Origin: Fimbriimonadales bacterium | GTDB lineage: Bacteria > Armatimonadota > Fimbriimonadia > Fimbriimonadales > JABRVX01 | DNA: 64,000 nucleotides | Assembly: GCA_045862955.1 (NCBI GenBank) | Contig: BTVI01000007.1 | Span: forward strand, 36,939 to 100,938 | Reading direction: 5' to 3' | Shown: piece after piece, positions 1-9,672 of the stretch | Numbering within the stretch: position 1 is the first letter of the stretch | How the letters are laid out: every line of letters starts with the position of its first letter | The notes under the pieces: generated by a model | Database searches by the model: none | What the model was told of the DNA's origin: nothing | What the model saw: the letters and a program-made list of their open reading frames with translations, nothing else | Translations under genes and position numbers: made by a program

Positions 1-936
1 GTTGTTGTCGAGGGTGTTCCAGACGAACTTGTTGCCGACCTGCCCACCAGCGCCACGAGCCTCACCGCCGTTCGTTACCGAAGCGCCGCTGGACCACTCG
101 CCAGTGACCGGGTTGTAGATGTCCACGTCACCGGGCTTCCAGTTCGGATAGCCGCCGAAAACGTAGATCTCCTTGGTGCCGTCATTGTCCTTGTCGTAGG
201 CACCGCAGTTCGTCTGAGCGTAGCTGAAGTTGCCGTTCGATGTAAGTGGCGGGTGCGCTCCCGCGTTGTAGCCGGTAGCTACACCGCCTGGCTCCACGTC
301 CCAGTTGTTCATGCCGGTGTGGCCTAGTGAAGTGGTGATGTAGAGCTTGTCGTTCGGGTCATTCTGCCAAAGGTCCGGCACGTGCATCCAGCTGCAGCAG
401 GTGCCCTCGAACACCAGATAGGTTACGCCGGTGTCATATACGACCTGATTGACCACCAGGCCAAACGAGTTATTCTCGCCTGCCTGGATGCCGCGTCCCG
501 AGACGACCTTAACGAAGTCACCCGGGAACACCGTGGTGGTCAGGTCGCCGAGGAGATAGACCGAGAGTGCATCGTTGTAGACGACATCACCCGTGTTGAC
601 GAGGAGGTCCTGGGTGCCTGCAGTCTCCCAGGTAGTGCCGTTGTAGGCGCTGATCTTAGACTGCCGGTTCCAGTCCCAGGCGCGGGTCCCTTCCTTCAGC
701 TGCACGCGGTCGCTGCCGACGCCCCAGCTCAGGTCGAACATTCCGTACCCGCCGATGACCCAGAACTTGCCGTTGGCAAACGTGCTGGCCGAGCCCATGG
801 TCGGCACAGCATAGCTGCCGATGGAGTCGCCGTACGACCAAGCACAGGGGTCGTCCGCGATCTGTGTCCACTGCGCCACGGCCGAACCGCACAGGGCCGC
901 CGCGACGAGCAGGATGGAGATACCTCGTCCTACCAT
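1..936 (-). CDS. Secreted Kelch-like beta-propeller paralog 1 (5' part; runs off the window edge)
   Basis: Not in the ORF track; read manually from ATG at 936: MVGRGISILLVAAALCGSAVAQWTQIADDPCAWSYGDS...FANGKFWVIGG...YDKDNDGTKEIYVFGGYPNW. Clearly homologous to the next three genes; AAGGAG at 949-954. Confidence 0.85.
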   Translation of the reverse strand, partial: MVGRGISILLVAAALCGSAVAQWTQIADDPCAWSYGDSIGSYAVPTMGSASTFANGKFWVIGGYGMFDLSWGVGSDRVQLKEGTRAWDWNRQSKISAYNGTTWETAGTQDLLVNTGDVVYNDALSVYLLGDLTTTVFPGDFVKVVSGRGIQAGENNSFGLVVNQVVYDTGVTYLVFEGTCCSWMHVPDLWQNDPNDKLYITTSLGHTGMNNWDVEPGGVATGYNAGAHPPLTSNGNFSYAQTNCGAYDKDNDGTKEIYVFGGYPNWKPGDVDIYNPVTGEWSSGASVTNGGEARGAGGQVGNKFVWNTLDNN

Positions 937-984
937 CAGAATTCGATGCTCCTTTCTCGATGAAGGCCTGTAGGCTTTGCCGTT

Positions 985-990
985 ATTATA
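985..990 (-). promoter_or_regulatory. -10 box TATAAT for paralog 1
   Basis: Perfect TATAAT about 49 nt upstream of the ATG; same placement in all four paralogs. Confidence 0.55.
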
Positions 991-1157
991 TCGCACTCTC
1001 GTTCACGAAGCAGCAGTCGAGCAGAGCAGAATTGCCAGAATCGGCTGAATTTCAAGGGGAAGGGTCTAAAGACCCTGGTACCGAAGTGTGCGAAAAGAGC
1101 GGTCCAGTGCCCGCTGGGCACTGGACCGTAAGTTACTCTAGTAGCGGTTGTTGGCGA

Positions 1158-3002
1158 CTAGTTGTCGCCCGTCTTTCCGAAGTTGACGAGAACGATGTTC
1201 AGATCGGCCAGGCCAACCGAACCACTGCCGTCGTAGTCACCTGCGCCGGTGCCACCGAAGTTGATGAGCACCTGGTTCAGGTCACCCAGATCGATCTGGT
1301 TGTTGGCATTGCCGTCGCCACACGTGAGATTGACGGTTCCGACGTTGTTCGGGCCGCTGGAGAGGTTGACGTTGGTTAGCCTCTTCCACAGGTAGTTCGG
1401 TGCACCGAACCGCAGGTCGTACGTTCCGGGGCTGACGCCGAGGTCCACATTGAAGTTGCCCGACCCATCGAGGGTCAGAGACTTCGTCTCGATGAGACCG
1501 CCGCCAAACGGGCTGTAAACCTGCAGTGTCCCGGTAACCAGCGCCGGATTGAGATGGAACTCGAGACCCAGCGTGCCGCTGACGGAAACGGCAGTCGGGA
1601 TGATTTGGGAGATGTGGGTCTTGTAGGCCCAGTTTCTCCACGTAACCGTCTCGTCCAGGCCGTCTGCGTAGTAGATTGTCCCATCGGGGGCAAGGCCGAC
1701 CGCGGGGGTGGTTGCCTTGTATGGACAGGTCACTGGCGACACGGTCCAAGTATCGTTCTCCGTGTCGTAGATCTGAATGGCGTCCGTGGCGGAAGCCGCC
1801 CCTGATCCGGTGCGACCACCGAACAGCAGAATGTACTTACCGTACTTGATCGTGGAGCACTGGTTGCCAGTCACTGGCGGCGGGGTCTTCTTGACCCAGT
1901 TACCACTGAATAGGTCTACCACGAGGGTCGTCAGAGGGTCACCGCCGACCCAACCCCAGAACACGTACATGGTGTTGCCGATGACCTCTACGTTGCGCAT
2001 GAAAGACATGCTGGGGTCGGCGAGGTCACACTGAACAGCCCACTGCTCGTTCTGAAGGTCGTAGCGGAAGACCTTCCACCAAGGGCCGAGGGAAGAGTCG
2101 TCGCCCCATGTGATCCAATAGAAGTACTGGCCTTCCTGTGCACCTCCCATGCGCTGCACGTCGATGCCGCCAACTAGGGTGCCGATGTCGCCACCGCCTC
2201 GGCGCCAGGAGTTGGCCGCCGGGTCGTAGATGTCCACGTTGTTGGGAATCCAGTGCGGATAGCCGTTGAACAAGAAGATCTCCTTGACGCCATCGCCGTT
2301 CTGATCCCAGGCCGCCGTGCTGTTGGTGTATGCCTGGTAGCCGTGCGATTCGAACGGTGCGATCTGGTCACGAGAGTCGTTCAGACCGGTAAGGCCGACA
2401 GTGCTTACCCGATAGAACTTGGTAGGTCCGCCGATCCAGTACTCGCATACTCCCTCGAACCAATAGGTTCGCTCGAAGGTGACGATGCACAGACCCAGAT
2501 CGTAGACCACGGAAAGCACCTTGCCGTAGCAGGCTCCGGTCGGGGTGCCAGAGCCGTCTTCAGCTACGCACTTGATCCAGTCGCCAGGAAAGATGACGCC
2601 GGTCAGGTCGTCGAGAGTTGACAGGCTCTCAGGGTCGTTATACGCGGTGTCCGCGGACGCAACGAGAAGAGCCTGAGCTCCGGCAGTCTCCCAGGCGTCG
2701 GTGACCGGATCGTAGATGCTGGCCTTGGAGTGTCGGTTGTCCGTGGCCCAGTTCTTCTCGCGGCCCCAGTATCCGAGCTCTTTGTAGGGGGTTATTCCGC
2801 TGCGACCGCCGAGAACGTAGAACTTGTTGTTAGCAAACGTGTTGAAGGTGCGATAGACGTAGAGCACCTGAGTATCGGTAGGCGTGAAGATGCTGTCTCC
2901 GTAGGCCCAAACGGACGGATCATTCGGGATTGCCGTCCACTGGGCAGTGGCGATGCCGGCCGCAGATGCGAGCAGCAACGCCGTGATACTCCATCGTACC
3001 AT
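1158..3002 (-). CDS. Secreted Kelch-like repeat protein with C-terminal beta-sandwich + dockerin-like module
   Basis: Signal peptide (ATA|QW); Kelch-like motifs (FYVLGG, YILLFGG, IQIYDTENDTW); tail GDGNANNQIDLGDLNQVLINFG...GDYDGSGSVGLADLNIVLVNFGKTGDN. Confidence 0.85.
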   Translation of the reverse strand: MVRWSITALLLASAAGIATAQWTAIPNDPSVWAYGDSIFTPTDTQVLYVYRTFNTFANNKFYVLGGRSGITPYKELGYWGREKNWATDNRHSKASIYDPVTDAWETAGAQALLVASADTAYNDPESLSTLDDLTGVIFPGDWIKCVAEDGSGTPTGACYGKVLSVVYDLGLCIVTFERTYWFEGVCEYWIGGPTKFYRVSTVGLTGLNDSRDQIAPFESHGYQAYTNSTAAWDQNGDGVKEIFLFNGYPHWIPNNVDIYDPAANSWRRGGGDIGTLVGGIDVQRMGGAQEGQYFYWITWGDDSSLGPWWKVFRYDLQNEQWAVQCDLADPSMSFMRNVEVIGNTMYVFWGWVGGDPLTTLVVDLFSGNWVKKTPPPVTGNQCSTIKYGKYILLFGGRTGSGAASATDAIQIYDTENDTWTVSPVTCPYKATTPAVGLAPDGTIYYADGLDETVTWRNWAYKTHISQIIPTAVSVSGTLGLEFHLNPALVTGTLQVYSPFGGGLIETKSLTLDGSGNFNVDLGVSPGTYDLRFGAPNYLWKRLTNVNLSSGPNNVGTVNLTCGDGNANNQIDLGDLNQVLINFGGTGAGDYDGSGSVGLADLNIVLVNFGKTGDN

Positions 3003-3053
3003 CGGAAGTGTACGCTCCTTTCCTATCTGCGGGCCGCTCTGGCCCTCGTTCTA

Positions 3054-3059
3054 ATTATA
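3054..3059 (-). promoter_or_regulatory. -10 box TATAAT for paralog 2
   Basis: TATAAT about 52 nt upstream of ATG 3002; AAGGAG at 3015-3020. Confidence 0.55.
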
Positions 3060-3122
3060 ACGCAGCTTTCGTCCTTCGTTGCGTGTACTAGCCGGCATTC
3101 GCGGAAAGGAGCGATGAGAATC

Positions 3123-3149
3123 GGCCCGGCGCCTTGCAGGCGCCGGGCC
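3123..3149 (-). terminator. GC-rich hairpin downstream of paralog 3
   Basis: GGCCCGGCGCCT-tgc-AGGCGCCGGGCC, 12-bp stem, about 30 nt past the stop at 3181; weak U tract. Confidence 0.55.
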
Positions 3150-3180
3150 ATGCTCTTATCCAGTGAGCAAAGGCTTGGGT

Positions 3181-5043
3181 CTAGTTGTCGCCCGCCTTGC
3201 CGAAGTTCACGAGAACGATGTTCAGGTCAGCCAGGCCAACCGAACCACTGCCGTCGTAGTCACCCGCGCCGGTGCCACCGAAGTTGATGAGCACCTGGTT
3301 CAGGTCACCCAGATCGATCTGGTTGTTGGCAGTGCCGTCACCGCAGATCAGGTTGACGGTGCCTACGTTGTTCGGGCCGCTGGCGAGGCTGACGTTGCTC
3401 AGCCTCTTCCACAGATAGTTCGGCGCGCCGAACCGCAGGTCGTACGTGCCGGGGCTGACGCCGAGGTTTACGTTGAAGTTGCCCGACCCGTCGAGGGTCA
3501 GAGACTTCGTCTCGATGAGACCGCCGCCACCGGCGCCGTACACCTGCAGGGTGCCGGTCACGCTGCCGACGTTTACGTGGAACTCGAGGCCAAGCTTGCC
3601 GGTGACCGATACCGTAGTCGGGATGAGCTGGGAAACGTGGATCTTGTAGGCGTCGTTCACCCAGACGACCGACTCGTTCAGGCCGTCCGCGAAGTAGATT
3701 GTCCCGTCCGGAGCGATCGCGCAGGCGGCGGTGCTCGCCTTGTACGGAGTCTTGATCGCGGAGACGGTCCAGGTGTCAGTCTCGGTGTCGTAGATCTGGA
3801 TCGCGTCCGTCGCCGATCCGGCTCCGCCTCCTGTGCGGCCAGCCAGCAGGATTATGTACTTGCCATACTTGACGATGGCGCCTTGGTTGGCAGTTACGGG
3901 CGGAGGGGTCTTCTTGACCCATGCGCCGGTGGTTAGATCGACCTCCAGCGTCGTATGGAGCCAAGCGGGCGGGCTTGCGCCGTCCCAACCCCAGAACACG
4001 TACAGCTTGTTGCCGACGACTTCGCAGTGCTTCATGAGCGGCATGCCGGCAGTGGCATCGCCGGGGTTCAGGATGTCCATGTCCGACCAGGTCTCGGTGG
4101 AGAGGTCGTAGGTGAACAGCTTGAACCAAGACGGCGTTCCACCGCTCTGCTGGGTGATCCAGTAGAACTTGTTTCCGCTCTGTACTCCACCCGGCGCCGG
4201 AGCATCGATGCCGGGGAAGGCACTCAGATAGTCGCTATCGCCGGCGTCACGCCAGGAGTTGGTCGCATAGTTGTACACGTCGACGCTGTGCGGAACCCAG
4301 TGCGGATAGCCGCCGAAGATGAACAACTCGGCGATGCCGTCCGAGTCGGTATCCCAAGCGGCACACATGTTGGTGTACGACTGATAGCCGTGAGACTCGA
4401 ATGGCGGCATGCTGCCTCTGGCCGGATACTGAATCAGACCGTTGAGGCCAGATACCGTTACCTTGAAGAACCGGTCGCCTGACCCGCCGAGCCAATACTT
4501 GACCACGCCGTCGGCGCCCCGTCGCACGAACTTCACTTCGCCGAGACCGTCGGCGAAGGTAACGGACTCGACCTCACCGTAGCAAGCAGCCGAGTCATCC
4601 GCTGCGATGACCTTGATCCAGTCACCGGGGAAGACCACGCCTGTCAGGTCGGCCAGGGTGAGCATCGTGTCCTCGTCGAGCTGGCCGGTGTCGGACGTCG
4701 CGACGAGCTGCGACTGAGTGCTCGCGGTCTCCCAAGTGTTGGAAACCGGGTCGTACAGGCTCATCTTGGAATGGCGGTTGGAGGTGGCCCAGTTCTTGGC
4801 CGTGTCCCGCCAACCGTTCTCGGTATAGTCGGTCCCCGAGCGTCCGCCCAGGATGTTGAATTTGCCGTTAGCGAAAATGTTGAAGGTGCGGTAGACGTTT
4901 AGCACCTGCGAATTGGTGGGTGTGAAGATGCTGTCCCCATAGGGCCAAACGGACGGATCATTCGGGATCGCCGTCCACTGGGCGGCTGCGAGGCCCACCA
5001 GACCGAGGGAGAGAACGATGGATGCGATACTGCGTCGTATCAT
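3181..5043 (-). CDS. Secreted Kelch-like repeat protein with C-terminal dockerin-like module (paralog 3)
   Basis: 620 aa; same architecture as 1158-3002, with a nearly identical C-terminal ~115 aa. Confidence 0.85.
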   Translation of the reverse strand: MIRRSIASIVLSLGLVGLAAAQWTAIPNDPSVWPYGDSIFTPTNSQVLNVYRTFNIFANGKFNILGGRSGTDYTENGWRDTAKNWATSNRHSKMSLYDPVSNTWETASTQSQLVATSDTGQLDEDTMLTLADLTGVVFPGDWIKVIAADDSAACYGEVESVTFADGLGEVKFVRRGADGVVKYWLGGSGDRFFKVTVSGLNGLIQYPARGSMPPFESHGYQSYTNMCAAWDTDSDGIAELFIFGGYPHWVPHSVDVYNYATNSWRDAGDSDYLSAFPGIDAPAPGGVQSGNKFYWITQQSGGTPSWFKLFTYDLSTETWSDMDILNPGDATAGMPLMKHCEVVGNKLYVFWGWDGASPPAWLHTTLEVDLTTGAWVKKTPPPVTANQGAIVKYGKYIILLAGRTGGGAGSATDAIQIYDTETDTWTVSAIKTPYKASTAACAIAPDGTIYFADGLNESVVWVNDAYKIHVSQLIPTTVSVTGKLGLEFHVNVGSVTGTLQVYGAGGGGLIETKSLTLDGSGNFNVNLGVSPGTYDLRFGAPNYLWKRLSNVSLASGPNNVGTVNLICGDGTANNQIDLGDLNQVLINFGGTGAGDYDGSGSVGLADLNIVLVNFGKAGDN

Positions 5044-5093
5044 CCTCAGATAGGTGCTCCTTTTCTAGTTTGAAGCCGGAAGGCTGCACATCC

Positions 5094-5099
5094 ATTATA
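5094..5099 (-). promoter_or_regulatory. -10 box TATAAT for paralog 3
   Basis: TATAAT about 51 nt upstream of ATG 5043 with AT-rich upstream sequence; AAGGAG at 5057-5062. Confidence 0.55.
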
Positions 5100-5352
5100 C
5101 AGCAAGTTTATCGTTTATTCATGCTAAACGTTCGACTTTCTTCCCTAGAAGCTGTCGCAAAACAAAAACTAGCAACTTCGAACGCCTCCGCAGACTCGCC
5201 CATCGGCTAGCCTTCACTCGATAGACAAAACGATTTTTAGGACCATAGGACCTAGAGTGTTCACGGGTTCTTGCATCTGCCGGTGATGCAACCCGCATCG
5301 GGAGGCGAGCGGGCCCCCGGTCTAGCAGCGGCGCGCCTAGGCGAGACCCTCT

Positions 5353-7152
5353 CTAGTCGTCACCCTGCTTACTAAAGTTGACGAGAACGATGTTCAGATC
5401 GGCTAGGCCGACGTGTCCGTCGCCGTCGTAGTCCCCCGTGCCAGACTTCGCGAAGTTGATGAGCACGATGTTCAGATCGGCGAGGTCCACCTGGTTGTTG
5501 CCGCTGCCGTCGCCGTTCCGAAGCGCTACCGTGCCGACCGCGTTATCACCGCGCGACAAGGTCACGCCATTCAAACGCTTTGCCAAGAAGTTCTGGGCCA
5601 GGAAGCGGAGATCGTAGACACCTGGAGAGACGCCTAACGGCGAGACGAACCCTCCCGTAGCATCGAGCTCGAGAGTGGCGGTTGCGACGGGCTCCGTTCC
5701 TCCCGGCGCAAACACTTGGACGGATGCGGGTACGGCCGAAGGGTCCAGATGGAACTCTAGGTCCAGAGTGCCCGAGACGCCGCTGGTCAGCAGCGACGCT
5801 GCCGGAATGGCGTAGGCGTCGTTTCGCCACATGACGTTGTGGTCTAGCCCTCCAGCGATGTACACAATGCCATCCGGCGAGATCCCTGCCGCAATGCCAC
5901 TTCCGCGAAACGGAAGACGGTATGGGGAGACGAACCACGTGTTGGAAACGGTGTCGTACACCTGCACCGCATCGACTGCCGTCGAAGCGCCTCCGCCGGA
6001 GCGCCCACCGAACAGAATCACGTAGTCGCCGTACCGCACGGATGCCGACTGGTTCGCGGTCACGGGCGGGGGTGCCAACGCGGCGAATGTGCCCTGCAGC
6101 ACATCGTATCGCACGGTCTTCTTGGAGCTAGCGTCCCCCCCGAAGTAGTAGACAGCTCCCTTGGGACCGAGCTCGGGAAAGCCCTGTCCAGTGCAGAGGA
6201 AGTCCAGCGCGAGCCCCGGCACTAGGTCGAGCGTCCACGTATCGGTGACGAGGTCGTACACTTGCACCTGTCCGCCCTCGTCCCGTCCCATCCAGCAGAA
6301 CAGGTCGCCTACCTGAGCTCCGGCAGCTCGCTGCTCGTTTACCGAGCCGGGGAGGTTGCCGGTTGCCCTGGACCAGGACTTGGTGGCGGGGTTGTACACG
6401 TCCACGTTGTTGGGTGTCCAATGCGGATAGCCGGAGAAGAGGTAGATCTCCTTCAGGCCGTCGGCATCCCTGTCGTACGCCGCCACCATCGTGTGGTTGC
6501 CCGCCTGATAGCCTTCTCCCGCCCGCGCGACGTCGCCGCCGTTTCCGTTGTTGATAGGCGCAGGGCCCATGACCGTCACGACGAACACCTTGTCACCGGC
6601 TCGCGGGCTCCAAGTGGGGGGTACCACACCTCTCGAGAGAGTCACAGTCGTTGCCGCGCCGTCGAAAGTGAGGCTGCCTATCCTGCCGACGAACGACTTC
6701 ACCTCGCCAGGCACGATGCCGTCACCGGATTCGACGCGGACTTGGTCTCCAACGACGAGGTCGCCTGTGACATCGCCCTGGACGAGGAAGCTGCCTGCAT
6801 CCAGACGCACCACCTCTCCCGTGTAGGCTAGCTGGGACTGCACCCCGCCACCTTCCCATGTTCCCGAGACGGGGTCGAACACGCTCAGGTGCGAGTGCCG
6901 ATTGGAGTTGGGCCACACGGTGAGGCCTTCCTCGTAATCGAAGCCCGAACGGCCGCCGAGCACGTAGAACTTGCCGTTGGCAAAGACGGAGAAGGATCGG
7001 CTGACGAAGATCTGCTGGCTGTTCGCGGGCTCCGAGATGCTGTCGGCATAGGGCCAGGCGCACGGGTCCGGGGGGAGAGCGGTCCACTGGGCAGCAGCCG
7101 CAGCGCTGAGCGAGACGATACAGATGCCGGAGGAGAGGATGGGAGCTGTCAT
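5353..7152 (-). CDS. Secreted Kelch-like repeat protein with C-terminal dockerin-like module (paralog 4)
   Basis: 599 aa; AAA|QW signal, FYVLGGRSG, FSGYPHW, tail ...DLNIVLVNFSKQGDD. Confidence 0.85.
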   Translation of the reverse strand: MTAPILSSGICIVSLSAAAAAQWTALPPDPCAWPYADSISEPANSQQIFVSRSFSVFANGKFYVLGGRSGFDYEEGLTVWPNSNRHSHLSVFDPVSGTWEGGGVQSQLAYTGEVVRLDAGSFLVQGDVTGDLVVGDQVRVESGDGIVPGEVKSFVGRIGSLTFDGAATTVTLSRGVVPPTWSPRAGDKVFVVTVMGPAPINNGNGGDVARAGEGYQAGNHTMVAAYDRDADGLKEIYLFSGYPHWTPNNVDVYNPATKSWSRATGNLPGSVNEQRAAGAQVGDLFCWMGRDEGGQVQVYDLVTDTWTLDLVPGLALDFLCTGQGFPELGPKGAVYYFGGDASSKKTVRYDVLQGTFAALAPPPVTANQSASVRYGDYVILFGGRSGGGASTAVDAVQVYDTVSNTWFVSPYRLPFRGSGIAAGISPDGIVYIAGGLDHNVMWRNDAYAIPAASLLTSGVSGTLDLEFHLDPSAVPASVQVFAPGGTEPVATATLELDATGGFVSPLGVSPGVYDLRFLAQNFLAKRLNGVTLSRGDNAVGTVALRNGDGSGNNQVDLADLNIVLINFAKSGTGDYDGDGHVGLADLNIVLVNFSKQGDD

Positions 7153-7207
7153 CGCAAAGCGGACTCCTTTCCAAATCGAGGCACCGCCACTCGCGGCGAC
7201 CCTGTGT

Positions 7208-7213
7208 ATTATA
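7208..7213 (-). promoter_or_regulatory. -10 box TATAAT for paralog 4
   Basis: TATAAT about 56 nt upstream of ATG 7152; AAGGAG at 7164-7169. Confidence 0.55.
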
Positions 7214-7240
7214 ACGTGATCGGACGAGCTCGTGGTCCTC

Positions 7241-9646
7241 TTACGGCGCCCAGGGATCGATGGCTCCGTAGGGGCGAGCGCCGTCGATCTTGGCCAGAAA
7301 TGCGTTGCGGTCGGTGATCACCTCGACGCCATACAGCACCCCTTGGGGGTCCACGGTGAGAGGTGCGCGCCAGGCATCGCCCGAAAGGTGCATCGGCTCG
7401 CGCCTCCAGTCGGCCTCCGACCGAAACGGCTTAGACAGCAAGCGCACCGCCACGATGCGCTCACCCCGAGCAAGGCCGCCGATTTGGGCGCGCACCTCCA
7501 GCGTCTGCTCGGCTCGCGACCTGTCTACGTCGGAGACCCCCACGCTGACACGGATTCCCGCGCCGTCCCCCGTCGGCCGACTCTGCACCGCCGGTGGTTT
7601 GTCGGACACCGGCATGGCAACGAAGTCCTTCTCGTCCTGCTCGAAAAGGCGCACCGACTGAGACCACTGATAGGTCTCGGTGCGCATGCGCAGGCGGTCA
7701 ATAATCGGTCGAAAATGCCTGTCCCCCTCTTCTGCCAGAGCCACCCAGGCAGCCTTCGATTTCTCTGTTAGCTCTCGCGCTGCCTCGAAGCGCTGCGGGT
7801 CGGACGTGGCTTCGGCCAACGCGAACTCGGTAGCCGCACGGAGCCGCGTGGCGTAGTAACGGGCAAGCAGCACGAGCATCCGCGCATCGGTCTCGAGGTC
7901 GTCCAGCGACTTGCTCGCACCGGAGGGAATTGCGCGCTGGGCTCGTTCCGTATCCGATGCCATGCGCTCTAGCATGTTTGCTGCCTGCAGGGGAGTGCGG
8001 CGGCCCGTGAAGTTACCTGTGGTCAGCTCCCGCGCATACTCGGCACATCCCATCGCGAAGTAGGTGTCGAAGGGCAGGGCGCGCGCCCACTGCCGAATGG
8101 ATCCGCCCCATTCCAACTCCGGAGCGTGATCCCTGTGGTCTGGGCCCAGCGAGAACTGTGTCTCGATGGTGGGGAGGATGCGGCTCATGCTCTGCAGTAG
8201 GCGGTATGCCGCGTCCCCATGCTTGGCCCCCCAATGCCGTCTCGCCTCCATGCGGAAAAGCTGTTCGGGAGTTTCGGGATCGTATCCTAGCCGACCCCAC
8301 ATCAGATACCACAGCGGGTTCCGCTCGTACTCCCAACGGAACATCGGCTCCGGGTGCAGGAAGTCGTCCATCGGGTAGTAGGTGCAGAACGGTTCGACCG
8401 TGAAACCCACCGAGCCTGCTAGGTTCGTCGTCTTCACGCACTCTCGTATGTGCTCGTAGTCCGCCCACTGGAACACGCGGTTCGTGCCATTCGCGCGAAT
8501 CTGCCAGATCACCTTGTACTGGCGTGGGTAGAAGAGATAGTCCTGATAGGAGTAGTCGCTCCACCGTGCCATGCGCCCGCCTGCTAGGTGCCATGGCGGA
8601 CCCATCTGCTCTCCGTTGTACTTGATCTCGATCAGGAACTTGTCGGGATACATCGCGCCGAGCTGTATCAGCTTCTCCTTCTTTGCCCCCCACGTGCGTG
8701 TGTAAAGTGGCAGTGGCCTGCCCATCTCCTCGAGCGCAGCTACATAGCTCTTGGCGTAGAAGTCTTCACCGTAGCCCGATTCGCCGATGCGGAAACCTAT
8801 CATTCCGAGGTCCGGGCAGCGCTGTACGATCTGTTTCAGCCCTTCTTTGGTATAGGAGATGAAGTCGTCCGCGGAACGTTCTGGTGCCTGCCGACATCCC
8901 GGCCAGTTCCAGCCGCCGGTGTAGTTCATGATGCCGACCCGGATGCCGCGCTGCTTGGCCATGGTGCACACCTTGGCCAGCATCTGCACATTCTTCTCCG
9001 CCTGCGCCGGCTCCATGCCCACGTCAGGGTACTTCTTGCTCACCACGAAGTAAGGCCACATGTTAGGAAAGAGCGTGGTCTGCAGGTCGTACATACCGTG
9101 CAAGTCCAGTAGGTTGATGCGGGCGCTTGCGAGCAGGTCGAGGTACCCGCGCCAGAAGTCCTCGTCGGTGAACCACCAGTGCTCCCAATCGCGCCTGCCG
9201 TCAGCATCGGCACGAGGGATGGAGAGGAACGGGTTGACAGCGCGGACCTCTATGGCCGGTGTGTGCCTTTCAGTCTTGTTAGGGAAAGCGCCTTCGACAC
9301 CATTCATCCGCACTCGCTCCGCCAGATCCAGTAGGGCGTACATGAGCCCAACCTCTCCGCCCGCCTTGCAGATAACTCCTGCCGAATAGGGCTCGAAGGC
9401 ATAATCCTCGGAACCCATCTCAGACACGGTCATCGCTGGTAGTGGGTAGCGGCGCGCGACCACTGCAATCATCTGCTTGTCGCTAGCGGCCCACACCTGC
9501 ACGCTCGCCTCTGCGCGACGCTCGGCCAAGGCATCGCGCAGCTCACCGGCAGCAAAGGCTGCCGGCTCGCAACTCGACGGTATCACTATCTGGATCGGCT
9601 CCGCGACGAGAGACGCTGCTAAGCTGAGAGCGCAAACGAAAATCAC
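7241..9646 (-). CDS. Large exported protein, probable glycoside hydrolase-like (GH67/GH115/GH20-type N-terminal domain plus TIM-barrel-like core)
   Basis: 801 aa, GTG start with GGAGGT RBS, short signal peptide. FAAGEL and GLMYALLDLAE resemble the N-terminal domain of these GH families; located in a sugar operon. Family not determinable. Confidence 0.55.
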   Translation of the reverse strand: MIFVCALSLAASLVAEPIQIVIPSSCEPAAFAAGELRDALAERRAEASVQVWAASDKQMIAVVARRYPLPAMTVSEMGSEDYAFEPYSAGVICKAGGEVGLMYALLDLAERVRMNGVEGAFPNKTERHTPAIEVRAVNPFLSIPRADADGRRDWEHWWFTDEDFWRGYLDLLASARINLLDLHGMYDLQTTLFPNMWPYFVVSKKYPDVGMEPAQAEKNVQMLAKVCTMAKQRGIRVGIMNYTGGWNWPGCRQAPERSADDFISYTKEGLKQIVQRCPDLGMIGFRIGESGYGEDFYAKSYVAALEEMGRPLPLYTRTWGAKKEKLIQLGAMYPDKFLIEIKYNGEQMGPPWHLAGGRMARWSDYSYQDYLFYPRQYKVIWQIRANGTNRVFQWADYEHIRECVKTTNLAGSVGFTVEPFCTYYPMDDFLHPEPMFRWEYERNPLWYLMWGRLGYDPETPEQLFRMEARRHWGAKHGDAAYRLLQSMSRILPTIETQFSLGPDHRDHAPELEWGGSIRQWARALPFDTYFAMGCAEYARELTTGNFTGRRTPLQAANMLERMASDTERAQRAIPSGASKSLDDLETDARMLVLLARYYATRLRAATEFALAEATSDPQRFEAARELTEKSKAAWVALAEEGDRHFRPIIDRLRMRTETYQWSQSVRLFEQDEKDFVAMPVSDKPPAVQSRPTGDGAGIRVSVGVSDVDRSRAEQTLEVRAQIGGLARGERIVAVRLLSKPFRSEADWRREPMHLSGDAWRAPLTVDPQGVLYGVEVITDRNAFLAKIDGARPYGAIDPWAP

Positions 9647-9672
9647 TCAGTACCTCCCATGCCGGTACGACA

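Noticed and set aside
1158..3530. Diversity-generating retroelement TR/VR pair
   Set aside because: Differences are mostly synonymous and not adenine-specific, both copies are coding, and no reverse transcriptase is present.
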